Assembly (NCBI GenBank): GCA_015231405.1
Contig: JADGBR010000014.1
Location: forward strand, 3,555-67,554
Direction: 5' to 3'
From: Candidatus Omnitrophota bacterium
GTDB taxonomy: Bacteria; Omnitrophota; Gorgyraeia; Tantalellales; Tantalellaceae
Length of the DNA: 64,000 nucleotides
Part shown: piece after piece, positions 9,901 to 17,969 of the stretch
Layout of the letters: each line of letters starts with the position of its first letter
How positions within the stretch are numbered: position 1 is the stretch's first letter
The notes under the pieces: model-generated
What the model was told of the DNA's origin: nothing
Seen by the model: only the letters and a program-made list of their open reading frames with translations
Databases searched by the model: none
Translations under genes and position numbers: made by a program

Positions 9901-12900
9901 ATGTATGTCGTTCCTGATATTGCCCACGAGGCCATTCCGGCCGTCGCGCCCCCCCAGGGCTACCACCATATTTATGGCGTCCTGTCTTAACTTCTCGATG
10001 AGATCGTCATCCCCCACAGACAGCACCTTCAGAAGGTTGCGTTTATTGAGAAGGCTTATCCCTTCTATCTGCAAAAGTTCTGTCATCACTCTGCGTATAC
10101 GAGGCAGCCTCGTTTCGATATCCGCTCCCCTTCCGAACCCCGCGTCGTCGCCTATCCCGCCCCTCACGAATTTCATGGTTATTATTATCTTTGAGATAAG
10201 GACATCGGCCATCACGGGTATCTCGATCGCCCTTCGTAAAAAGCGTTCAACCCCGTCCCATCCCTCAAGTATGCGTCTGTCGACCTGGCCCGCTATGTCG
10301 GTGTCGCCGTCGGGCCCGCCCAAGGCCGCCCCCAGATCTTCGATAAGCTCATTACAGCTCCTCCCTTCCACTTTCCTGATCTTATCCTTGAACTCTTCTA
10401 TCCTGCCTAAACGGTAGTAAAGATATGCCAGGCGTAAAAACTCCCGGAGGCGCGCGTAATCGTCCATTTGGGTCATATAAGAAAGCATCGCCTCCAGCTC
10501 GAATATGTTCCCGTATTTCGCCGATGAAAAAAGCATAGGAAAAACGAATTTCATGTCTTCGTCTTTTATCCCGAACCTTTTAAGGTACATCGCGCAATAA
10601 GTGATATCCCCTTTTTTAGAGCCTTCTATCACCTTATCGAAGAACTTCACGAGGTCTTTCGGGTCTGTCCTGTATCTGCCTCCCCGGTCGCCACTCGCTG
10701 CCGTGTTCAGGTTCCTGAAAAGTTCATCCATCGAAATAAAGATATGTTTTTCCGGGTCAACCTCGGCGACGGTTCGCATGAAATCACCGGCTGCCCTGGA
10801 TATCCCGTTCCACGAGATCTCTAATTTGGACGTGACGATGCGTATCATCTCATCCGTCAGTAGTTCCGGATGTTTCCTTATAAAAACCGCCAGATTGTTC
10901 ATGGTCTTATCGATACTGGAGGTATCAGCCTTAACATACGCCAGTACCGCGTCGAGTATAAATCGCCTGTATGTTTCGTCCGCGCGCCCCGCAGCCATTA
11001 GAAGCGGCTCTGAGATATGCCCCCTCCACCTTTCATGTTCCGGATCGTCAAAAACATCCTTAAGCCATTTCCTGAGAAAATCGAACTGCGGCACTTCCTG
11101 GCAATTCTCGATAACGGCGGCGAGGAACTTCAGCGAAAAAAGCCTGGCGCCGAGCTGTATGTCCTCCCTTTTAACATACTGGCTTTCCAGCTCGGCGGGT
11201 ATATCCTCAAGCTTTCTCGTGAAAAGATCTATGGCGTACTGGACCAATTCGGGCGTGACCGCGCCCGGATCCGCTTTGACCATGGCCGCCGCGATATTTT
11301 CGATATTAGCGAAAATACCGCGAGCGAGTTCTTTTCGTCCTGCCAGAGAATCCGTTTTTGTCAGGTCCAGGATGCCTTTCAGCATCCCGGGCTTTACCAC
11401 CCCGTGATCATGCCTTATAAAGTTCGCGACTTCTTTATCCAGTCCCAAATAGCAGTAGCTCTTGGAATCTTTTACGGCCCGATCCATTAGGATCTCGAAA
11501 AGGCCGTTATCCAGTGACATTAACCGCCTTTCTTCCATGAATTCTTCCAGGATTTTAACCACCGCGTTTGTGGCGTCCGCATCCAGATCACCCGACTCTT
11601 TGAACTCGTTCTCCGGGCCGTCCGCGCCAAGCCCTAACTCGGACGAAACCGCGGCGACCCGGGGCTTATCCTTCATTAGCAAGGCCTTCAACATCCGCCC
11701 GTATGGCTCCTTCTTTTCTGGGAACTCTTCGGTGATCAAAACCATAAGTTTTCCCGCGTTATGGTATTTACGGAATTCCCGTCCGTCCATCCCCGTAAAA
11801 AAGAACCTGTCGAAGTCCGGCCTGAGATCGGGCCTGGCCTTATAAACCCCGAACATGACATCCACCGCCAGGTCCTTCATTTTTCCCGCCAGCACAATGT
11901 CGCTATAGTAGTGCAAATAGCTGAAAACTTCGAACATATCTTCCAATATCTCTTTGGTTATCTCCCCGGGCCTGGCTCCGTAATATACAAGGATGGGGGT
12001 ATCCTTATTTTTCTTTTTGCCGCTTTCCTTTTCTTCCCGGTAACTCTTTTCCAGATCCCTTTTCAGGATATCATTAACGCGCTCATCGGTCGAACCTTGA
12101 AGATACGCGTACTCGGCAAATTCTTTTTGCGAATCCTTGTGAGCTTCGTTCTCCGACAGCTTTTTAACGGCCAACTCTTTAAGCTCTCCCGGGACCAGGT
12201 CGGGCCTATTGATAGAGATGATGAGCAGAAGTTTCGCTATGAACAGAGTTTTCCTCATATTCCTCATGCCCAGAGACCCTACCAGCATATCCACGAATTC
12301 AGGCTCTATGAGGTCCGGCCTCTCATAGAATATCTTCACAAAGAACAGCTCCATATCGTAATTATGGAAGTTGTCGGCGAGATACCGGCTGAATACCTCG
12401 TTGACTATCAGGTACGGGGGAAGGGCTTTCGCGTTCTTAAAAAGATCTTCCTTTATTTCGTCCTTTTCCTCGCCGAGTTGGCCGAAAAATTCTTCCCGAC
12501 GTTTACCGGTATCTTCCGGCGCCGCCGAAAGAAGATGTTTGATGAACTTAACCCTCTTATCCCAGTCCCAGAAGATGCCGGTAAAGAAATTGTTCCCGTA
12601 ATGGCCGAATACTTTTTCCATAGCTTCGACGAATCGCATCTCGTTTTCGCTAAGTTCTTTCGTATCCAGTAACCCCCTCCTCATCATCAACACCATAGTG
12701 CTTGCCTTTACCAGGATCTTATTGAGAAGCTGCCGCCCCTTTAATTCCGAGTTTTCGGGTGAGATGTTCAGGTATAGGTCTTTTATCCGCGACTTACGGC
12801 CGTACAAGACTTTTCTCATGATACGCTGATACACTTTTCGTTTTTCGGATGACAGGTATTCGATAAGAAGTGTGTTTTCTTTTTCGATAACGCGGTAGAT

Positions 12901-13173
12901 AAGCTCTTTTTCACTAGTGCCTTTAAGGCGTAGATCTATCTGTACCTTGCCGTCCCTTCGAAACAAGAGGTCTTCTCCTTCCATTTTAGTGCTTTCCACG
13001 AACTCTAAACGTTCTCTGGATAAGGCATTAAAATAAATCGCTCTTCTTTCCAAGAGACTATCCATATGGGTCCATGGGGAAAGGGTATAAGCTTGATCGT
13101 TAAGAACAAGTTGAGTAACGATACAGCATACCGATACAAAGATCTTTATGCATTTGGAGTTGAGTCTCTTCAT
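6910..13173 (-). CDS. Giant putatively exported protein with an alpha-glucan water dikinase-like (GWD/PWD) module
   Basis: Signal-like N-terminus; helical repeat-like region; IHNRPSP (~aa1091); phospho-His motif LLSHPAIRARQ (H~1441) before the nucleotide-binding domain RSSTNAEDL..AGAGLYDS / KVWMSVWNERA / FVVHT..EIVEGLGETLVSGEYPG / DMEG..VQTR; about 250-aa C-terminal tail. Confidence 0.75.
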   Translation of the reverse strand: MKRLNSKCIKIFVSVCCIVTQLVLNDQAYTLSPWTHMDSLLERRAIYFNALSRERLEFVESTKMEGEDLLFRRDGKVQIDLRLKGTSEKELIYRVIEKENTLLIEYLSSEKRKVYQRIMRKVLYGRKSRIKDLYLNISPENSELKGRQLLNKILVKASTMVLMMRRGLLDTKELSENEMRFVEAMEKVFGHYGNNFFTGIFWDWDKRVKFIKHLLSAAPEDTGKRREEFFGQLGEEKDEIKEDLFKNAKALPPYLIVNEVFSRYLADNFHNYDMELFFVKIFYERPDLIEPEFVDMLVGSLGMRNMRKTLFIAKLLLIISINRPDLVPGELKELAVKKLSENEAHKDSQKEFAEYAYLQGSTDERVNDILKRDLEKSYREEKESGKKKNKDTPILVYYGARPGEITKEILEDMFEVFSYLHYYSDIVLAGKMKDLAVDVMFGVYKARPDLRPDFDRFFFTGMDGREFRKYHNAGKLMVLITEEFPEKKEPYGRMLKALLMKDKPRVAAVSSELGLGADGPENEFKESGDLDADATNAVVKILEEFMEERRLMSLDNGLFEILMDRAVKDSKSYCYLGLDKEVANFIRHDHGVVKPGMLKGILDLTKTDSLAGRKELARGIFANIENIAAAMVKADPGAVTPELVQYAIDLFTRKLEDIPAELESQYVKREDIQLGARLFSLKFLAAVIENCQEVPQFDFLRKWLKDVFDDPEHERWRGHISEPLLMAAGRADETYRRFILDAVLAYVKADTSSIDKTMNNLAVFIRKHPELLTDEMIRIVTSKLEISWNGISRAAGDFMRTVAEVDPEKHIFISMDELFRNLNTAASGDRGGRYRTDPKDLVKFFDKVIEGSKKGDITYCAMYLKRFGIKDEDMKFVFPMLFSSAKYGNIFELEAMLSYMTQMDDYARLREFLRLAYLYYRLGRIEEFKDKIRKVEGRSCNELIEDLGAALGGPDGDTDIAGQVDRRILEGWDGVERFLRRAIEIPVMADVLISKIIITMKFVRGGIGDDAGFGRGADIETRLPRIRRVMTELLQIEGISLLNKRNLLKVLSVGDDDLIEKLRQDAINMVVALGGRDGRNGLVGNIRNDIHNRPSPQHLYVVRLLRDWLVSNCSDENVAQSIRKCGYTVEASDAIPDAARRQRVINACNTALATLETVYGEGNLEGIGTLFNNWRGSFEGYGAEKDDVGSIVRRNYSGERRSVDDLGEIIRARGIVFELTRFTRGEAATSGIQLLNSLEVLFYSVYNRIEKDVTDLASMKEMMTILLRNTAFNGYDRNEIDAMLRDVEAFDPEQYGEEKYLRLYSLMNRAERLINVSAGKIIAQYQSMAERTARALNVGPDGEEWVENFSSNLFRSDTIYLLSMFLKDVKEHVMTEGGISGWQVVVKGDMRGRLRFIDDVRNQKDIQPSDIVVVKELPAESPPIENCAGIIIMKEESLLSHPAIRARQFNIPFVMCSDADTVEEMLKGYHDKDIIIRAGNDGLAITDLGDKIKEGSYRVHEVASAFTVPPVETDGEYLLSPGEYKLENAGNKALRLSGIRYGDKVPRHMAISFAFYKHILDLKKNAKIKEEMSYIEKRMGSADREELVFLLNLMKFKIKSLDIPEDEVKSICAKIKDELGGGLYFFRSSTNAEDLPRYAGAGLYDSFGNISPDDPGMVDEFIKKVWMSVWNERAYFDREANGIPHDEVGMSVLVHKMEKADYGFVVHTLDPVGEDPEDMVIEIVEGLGETLVSGEYPGSPHRFLINRKTREIKRISFANKSERLVSGAGGLVTERVSYDKDHFARPLAECKDILLRIFDSAMKIRGSFEDEQDMEGCISEEDGDLKFVFVQTRDQQGAEHNGNGHDVAERFDSYYGIKGKPGFMSLEEGLLSRGEALAGKKEYATDEYTEGLDKLAADEPMAKRGFIIFADEIINDALMLDIGRSVKRLTEEATLLKGMTFFIHYKDEKNAVLVERMIAGSGADIKVVFLAPNGREGKFTEEETVNSVIRTARAKGAGEILGVLKGPAGDPARMSDLSIREKIPFIIVGIERGLYSFEAVLMKALEIRKTGASGGWLYALPPVTLVTKEIKAEYEEYLSTLGAMSAA

Positions 13174-13207
13174 TTTATGTGAATAATAGGGTTTCTATTG
13201 GAGACTC

Positions 13208-13236
13208 ATTATAATACGAAAAAGCCAGAATGTCAA
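13208..13236 (-). promoter_or_regulatory. Perfect sigma70 promoter TTGACA-N17-TATAAT for the GWD-like gene
   Basis: Exact consensus 35 nt upstream of ATG 13173. Confidence 0.85.
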
Positions 13237-13307
13237 ATAATACTTTTGGATGTTCTAACTCGGGGTTTATCGAATGAAAGGTTTACAGCTTATGCTTAAT
13301 ACTGCGG

Positions 13308-13341
13308 AAAAAAAAGGGCGCGGATCACCGCGCCCTTTTTT
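13308..13341. terminator. Rho-independent terminator (bidirectional geometry)
   Basis: A8-GGGCGCGG-atca-CCGCGCCC-T6. Confidence 0.85.
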
Positions 13342-13351
13342 CGGCTTGCTC

Positions 13352-13570
13352 TCAATAATTGCTGTCCTCTTCATCATCATCGGACGTATAGTAATCGTCC
13401 TGATCGTCATCTGACCCTTTTAGAACTTTCAGTCTCGGCGGGTCCAAACTCGCTATCTTCAGCTCAGCGTCGCATGAATCGCAGTATATCGTCTCGCCTA
13501 CGGCGAAAAAAGCCTCGAACTCAATATCCTCACCGCATTCGGGACAATGGACGTTGATCTTTCTTGCCAT
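13352..13570 (-). CDS. LysW-like zinc-ribbon protein with acidic tail
   Basis: CPECG..GETIYCDSCDAELKIASLDP matches the LysW fold, but it ends EEDSNY rather than EDWGE. Confidence 0.7.
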   Translation of the reverse strand: MARKINVHCPECGEDIEFEAFFAVGETIYCDSCDAELKIASLDPPRLKVLKGSDDDQDDYYTSDDDEEDSNY

Positions 13571-13625
13571 CTCTTACCCTCCTAGTATGATAGCGGACGG
13601 CCATATTAACGCCATCCTTGTTTTG

Positions 13626-14087
13626 TTATTCAAGCGATACGTACACCGCGATATTCTTGTCGCCCTCTTTCACATATTCCACGTATACGTCATCGCCTTT
13701 AACGAACTCGGCTAAAGAAGCCTTCCCGTCTATCTCGGTCTTCTCATTGGTCGTGAACACGTACTCAACTGTCTTTTCCTGGTCCGTCTCGGCGTCGTAC
13801 TCTTTCTCGGCTACCGTTACCGCATTCGCCGCGACATTAGTTACCTCGCCAAAAACGTAGATACGGTCATCTTCGGCGGCGCCGGTATAGGCGTCGTCTT
13901 CGGCTGCGACAGGCGCGACGGCTGCAGGTGCGACAGCGGCTGGCGCGACAGCGGCAGGCGCGGCTTTAACTGCGGGAGCGGTTGGCGCGGCCGCGGCTGG
14001 CTGGGTGGCATTATCCGCCGCATAAGCGTTCATCGAAACGGCGAGCACGAGCAACAGGAACACTACCATGATCCATTTACTCTTCAT
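13626..14087 (-). CDS. Exported protein with Ala/Pro linker and small beta domain
   Basis: Signal peptide (AYA-A), PAAVA repeats, GEVT..VTV..TEI..GDDVYVEY beta-rich (OB/DUF5666-like) end; GGAG RBS. Confidence 0.75.
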   Translation of the reverse strand: MKSKWIMVVFLLLVLAVSMNAYAADNATQPAAAAPTAPAVKAAPAAVAPAAVAPAAVAPVAAEDDAYTGAAEDDRIYVFGEVTNVAANAVTVAEKEYDAETDQEKTVEYVFTTNEKTEIDGKASLAEFVKGDDVYVEYVKEGDKNIAVYVSLE

Positions 14088-14268
14088 ATTTCTCTCCTTT
14101 TTTTAAATAACATTTTATTTTCTTATTTCTCTATTTTTATCGTCCGGCCCATATAGACATTTTATACGGGCTTATGCGGATATAGTTTACTGCATTTTAT
14201 CCAAAAGTCAAGGGAAGCGCTACTATAGGTAACAACAACACCAGTCGAAAAAGTTCCCGATTTTAAAA

Positions 14269-16401
14269 TTAAATCGCCAACAGCCCGACTACCGAAATAG
14301 GGTTTATCCTGTAAATATCGGAAGAGGACAATTCATCTTCCGGGCCGGGATCAGGTACGACTTCTTTCCCCGGCAAGCTCGTATCAAGTACCCTATACCA
14401 TCTTTTTCCCTTTAACCTGGGGATCTTGACGATACTCTCGATGTTATTGATATTAATTATGAAGAAAAGGCGATAATCCCCTAATTCTGACGGCGCGGCG
14501 CCTCCGTTCAGATAACAGCAAAATGTTTTTATTTTATGACTTTCCCAGTTTATCTTATCGAGTTTTTCGCCGAACCACGCGATATCGCTCAACTTATCAA
14601 AATCCAGCGGTTGCCCGGGCATGAACTTTCTTTTCTGGAGGACAGTGTATTTTTTACGGAATTTTATCAAGTCTTTGGTGAATTCGATGACATCTTTATT
14701 TTTTCCGGCGCGATCCCAGTCGAACCAGCTTATCTCATTGTCCTGGCAATAAGCGTTATTATTTCCTTTCTGGGTGCGCATGAACTCGTCGCCTCCGAGG
14801 AGCATCGGCGTCCCGAGCGGTATAAGCACCGAAACAAGCGCGTTCTTTACCAGCTTCTTCCTTAAAGCCAGCACCATTTCGTCGTGAGTTTCCCCCTCGA
14901 CACCGGCGTTCCATGAGTAATTCTCGTGCGCACCGTCCCTGTTCTCTTCCCCGTTGGCCTCATTGTGTTTGCGCTCATATGAGTAAAGATCGTTCAAAGT
15001 GAACCCGTCATGGCAGGTTATGAAATTAACGCTGTGATACGGAGTCCTCAAATCGTCTCCGTAGAGGTCGGCCGACCCCGTAAGCCTGAACGCGAGCTCT
15101 TTAGCCTGGTGCGGATATCCCTTGAAGAATTTACGCATATTGTCCCTGAACTTGTCGTTCCACTCCGCCCACTCCGGCGGGAAATTGCCTACGGCGTATG
15201 TCGTAAGGTCCCATGGCTCGGCTATAAGCTTGACATTCTTAAGGACAGGGTCGGACGCGACGGCCTTAAAGAAGCCCGAATCCTTGCTGTACTGGCCCTT
15301 CACCCTGGCCAGGACGGACGCCAGGTCGAACCGGAACCCGTCGACGCGCATTTCCTCCGTCCAGTACCTTAGTGAATCCAGGACAAGCCTCATAGCCGCG
15401 GGGTTTTCCAGGTTAAGGGTATTGCCGCATCCCGTATCGTTGATATAGAATCTGTACGGATTGTTCTCGTAGCCTCTAAGGGCGTAATACGACGGATTAT
15501 CGATGCCCCTCAAACATAACGTCGGGCCGAGCTCGCTGCCCTCACCCGTATGGTTGTAGACCACATCCAGGATGACCTCAATCCCAGCCTTGTGGAGCTC
15601 CCTGACAAGTGTCTTGAATTCCGCCACGGCGGCCGCTCCGCCCCGGTCGCGCGCGTAAGATTTTTCGGGTGCGAAATAACCCAGGGAATTATATCCCCAG
15701 TAATCCGAAAGGCCCGTTTTCACAAGCCCGTCCCTTTTATAGAACTGATGAATGGGAAGGAATTCGACCGCGTTCACACCCAGTTCTTTGAGGTATTGTA
15801 TCTTTTCGGTGAACCCCGGATATGTGCCGGGAGATCTGACGCGGCTCGAGGGATGGGCGGTGAATCCCTTGACGTGGACCTCGTAAATAATATATTTTTC
15901 AAGAGGGATATCCGGCTTCGCCACGTTCTGCCAATCGAAAGAATCGTCGACGACCACGGATCTCGGGACGATATGCGTGTTATCGCGCTTATCGAAAGAA
16001 AGGTCCCGGTCGTTCCCTTTGTTCTCATATCCCAGGAGGAGATCGTCCTCGTTCAGGAAATCGCCTTCGAAAGCTTTTGCGTATGGGTCGATGAGTAATT
16101 TGTTCTCGTTGAACCTCATCCCCTCTTTCGGGTCATATTCTCCCCTTACCTTGTATCCGTAAAGCTGGCCGGCTTTGAGACCATAAACAAAAATATGCCA
16201 TATGTTGTGCGCGGATCTCTCAAGCCGCAGTATATCGGAAGGATATTTCTCGCCGGGATCGAAAAGAAGGAGAAATATTTCGGTAGCGTATCCCGAAAAA
16301 ATGGCGAAATTCACGCCTCTATCGGAGACCACGGCTCCAAGGTTTTTCCCGCTCCCCGCTGACGTCCGCTTGTCGGTTCTATGCGCTAGTTTATATCCCA
16401 T
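14269..16401 (-). CDS. glgX: Glycogen debranching enzyme / isoamylase (GH13)
   Basis: NKLLIDPYAK, IYEVHVKGFT, YWGYN, VILDVVYNHT, VDGFRFDLA, LIAEPWD, NFITCHDGFTL, GNNNAYCQDNE. Confidence 0.95.
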   Translation of the reverse strand: MGYKLAHRTDKRTSAGSGKNLGAVVSDRGVNFAIFSGYATEIFLLLFDPGEKYPSDILRLERSAHNIWHIFVYGLKAGQLYGYKVRGEYDPKEGMRFNENKLLIDPYAKAFEGDFLNEDDLLLGYENKGNDRDLSFDKRDNTHIVPRSVVVDDSFDWQNVAKPDIPLEKYIIYEVHVKGFTAHPSSRVRSPGTYPGFTEKIQYLKELGVNAVEFLPIHQFYKRDGLVKTGLSDYWGYNSLGYFAPEKSYARDRGGAAAVAEFKTLVRELHKAGIEVILDVVYNHTGEGSELGPTLCLRGIDNPSYYALRGYENNPYRFYINDTGCGNTLNLENPAAMRLVLDSLRYWTEEMRVDGFRFDLASVLARVKGQYSKDSGFFKAVASDPVLKNVKLIAEPWDLTTYAVGNFPPEWAEWNDKFRDNMRKFFKGYPHQAKELAFRLTGSADLYGDDLRTPYHSVNFITCHDGFTLNDLYSYERKHNEANGEENRDGAHENYSWNAGVEGETHDEMVLALRKKLVKNALVSVLIPLGTPMLLGGDEFMRTQKGNNNAYCQDNEISWFDWDRAGKNKDVIEFTKDLIKFRKKYTVLQKRKFMPGQPLDFDKLSDIAWFGEKLDKINWESHKIKTFCCYLNGGAAPSELGDYRLFFIININNIESIVKIPRLKGKRWYRVLDTSLPGKEVVPDPGPEDELSSSDIYRINPISVVGLLAI

Positions 16402-16402
16402 A

Positions 16403-16630
16403 TCACAAAAAGAAAGGCGCAGCCGCGACCCCTGCCTTGGCGGCAGGACCTGCGGCGCCGATAGCCGCGGCGCCTACTTTTCCGGCCGTGCTCAATGCCG
16501 TGCCGGTCACGCTGCCCGCCGTTTTTACCACGGTTCCCGCTAGCTGCGCGATAGGGCTGATAGCGGCACAGCCCGTAAGTATCAACATCACGCCCGCCGC
16601 TAGGGACGCGAATATCGCTCTCTTTAACAA
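16403..16630 (-). CDS. Small Ala/Gly-rich lipoprotein
   Basis: Lipobox LTGC after a hydrophobic stretch; stop codon abuts the glgX start. Confidence 0.7.
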   Translation of the reverse strand: MLKRAIFASLAAGVMLILTGCAAISPIAQLAGTVVKTAGSVTGTALSTAGKVGAAAIGAAGPAAKAGVAAAPFFL

Positions 16631-16734
16631 AATTTACCCCCGATCCGATCTATATAGTATACCCCTTTGGACAGGAAAGACAAGGAATAGGGACGCGCCT
16701 GAGTTTGACCGCAGTTACATTTTCGCGCCGGCGG

Positions 16735-17286
16735 TTAAGCGTTCGCCTCCCGGCCGAAAAAGAACGCCCAGACCCCGGATCCGATAGATGTGCCTTTCGC
16801 GGATTCTCTCTCGAGAAAACCCGCTATCTTCTCTTTTTCCAGGATGAATACCGTGATGTCCTCTTCGGGCTCAAGATCCTGATGTGGAGCGATGTTGCGC
16901 GGATCGGATTCGTCTATCTCAACATAGAAAAGAACTGTCGAGGAGTCCATCACGCCCGACGATGTCGATAGTCTGGGGCTTTCCCCGACTATCTTTCCGA
17001 AATAGCCTGTCTCCTCTCGAAGCTCGTCGAGAGGATCTCCGCCGCCGTCAGCCTTTATCCCCGCCGGAAAACCGATGACGTAGTTATCCAGGGCACACCT
17101 GAATTGTTTAATTAGAACATACCTGTTCGAAGGAACAAGTTTGGGTATGATAACTACCGTATCGGAGGAATGTTTTCTCTCTATATATTCCCAGACGACG
17201 GGCCTGCCGTCGCGGTTCTCGTACACGGCTTCCTTGAAGATAAGCCATTTTCCTTCGCATAAAACCCTGTCGGAGATCTTTTTCAT
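16735..17286 (-). CDS. NUDIX hydrolase (ADP-ribose pyrophosphatase-like)
   Basis: LIKQFR..FPAG..ELREETGY with a shortened Nudix box; QDLEPEEDI. Confidence 0.85.
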   Translation of the reverse strand: MKKISDRVLCEGKWLIFKEAVYENRDGRPVVWEYIERKHSSDTVVIIPKLVPSNRYVLIKQFRCALDNYVIGFPAGIKADGGGDPLDELREETGYFGKIVGESPRLSTSSGVMDSSTVLFYVEIDESDPRNIAPHQDLEPEEDITVFILEKEKIAGFLERESAKGTSIGSGVWAFFFGREANA

Positions 17287-17299
17287 GGGGGCATTGAAG

Positions 17300-17356
17300 G
17301 GGAAGCTCCCATTTATCCCACATTCCCTGTTGACATTGATAAATGGGAGCTTTCCC
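17300..17356. repeat. Long inverted repeat (REP-like hairpin)
   Basis: GGGAAGCTCCCATTTATC ... GATAAATGGGAGCTTTCCC; arm similar to GGGACAGCTTCC at 5641. Confidence 0.6.
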
Positions 17357-17370
17357 TGTATCGGTTACCG

Positions 17371-17823
17371 TTATTGTTTTATCCCGGTTGTCGTGCTGAC
17401 AGCGCTCTTCAGGGCTTTGTCAGCTGTCTTGGTCTCAGCTTTCTGTATCTTTTTCGCCTCTTTGGTTTCCGCCTTCGCTTTTTCTTTTGATTCTTTTTCA
17501 GCTTCTTTTCCGGTTTTTTTGAGGTCCTTGACGGCTTCCTTGTTTTTATCCTTAGCCTCTTTCTCAGCGTCTTTACCGGCCTTTTTCATGTTTTTTGACG
17601 CTTCTTTGGTTTTATCCTTTTGCTCTTTTTCGGCCTTTTTCAGTTTTTCTTCCGCTTCCTTTTTGGCTTTCTTAGCGTCCGCTTCTCTTTTGAAATTGGC
17701 GTTATCGTTAGCCTGTTGAACAGCCATAGCTGATGGTCCTTTCCCCCCGCCTGCGGCGGCGAAAGCCGGAACGCATGACAATCCGAACAACAACATTACC
17801 GCCCATGCAACATACCTTCTCAT
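17371..17823 (-). CDS. Exported Lys/Glu/Ala-rich low-complexity protein
   Basis: Signal peptide (AFA-A), then repetitive KEAxK charged helix; AGGAGG RBS. Confidence 0.8.
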   Translation of the reverse strand: MRRYVAWAVMLLFGLSCVPAFAAAGGGKGPSAMAVQQANDNANFKREADAKKAKKEAEEKLKKAEKEQKDKTKEASKNMKKAGKDAEKEAKDKNKEAVKDLKKTGKEAEKESKEKAKAETKEAKKIQKAETKTADKALKSAVSTTTGIKQ

Positions 17824-17969
17824 ATTTCCTCCTGTTTTAGACTTCTCTTGCCGGGGTTACATTTAACCCCGGAGATATTATAGCACGACCCTCTACTTAT
17901 TAGTCCAGAGTTTTGTCCGGCTCGATAGCGTGTTTTTTCATACCAGCTCATTCAATCGATCGGCGGCCT

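Noticed and set aside
6910-13173. Annotation as ordinary PEP synthase (ppsA) or PPDK
   Set aside because: Domain order is reversed and there is no C-terminal pyruvate-binding barrel.
6768-13173. tRNA-Arg as attachment site of an integrated element
   Set aside because: No integrase and no duplicated tRNA 3' end noticed in the window.
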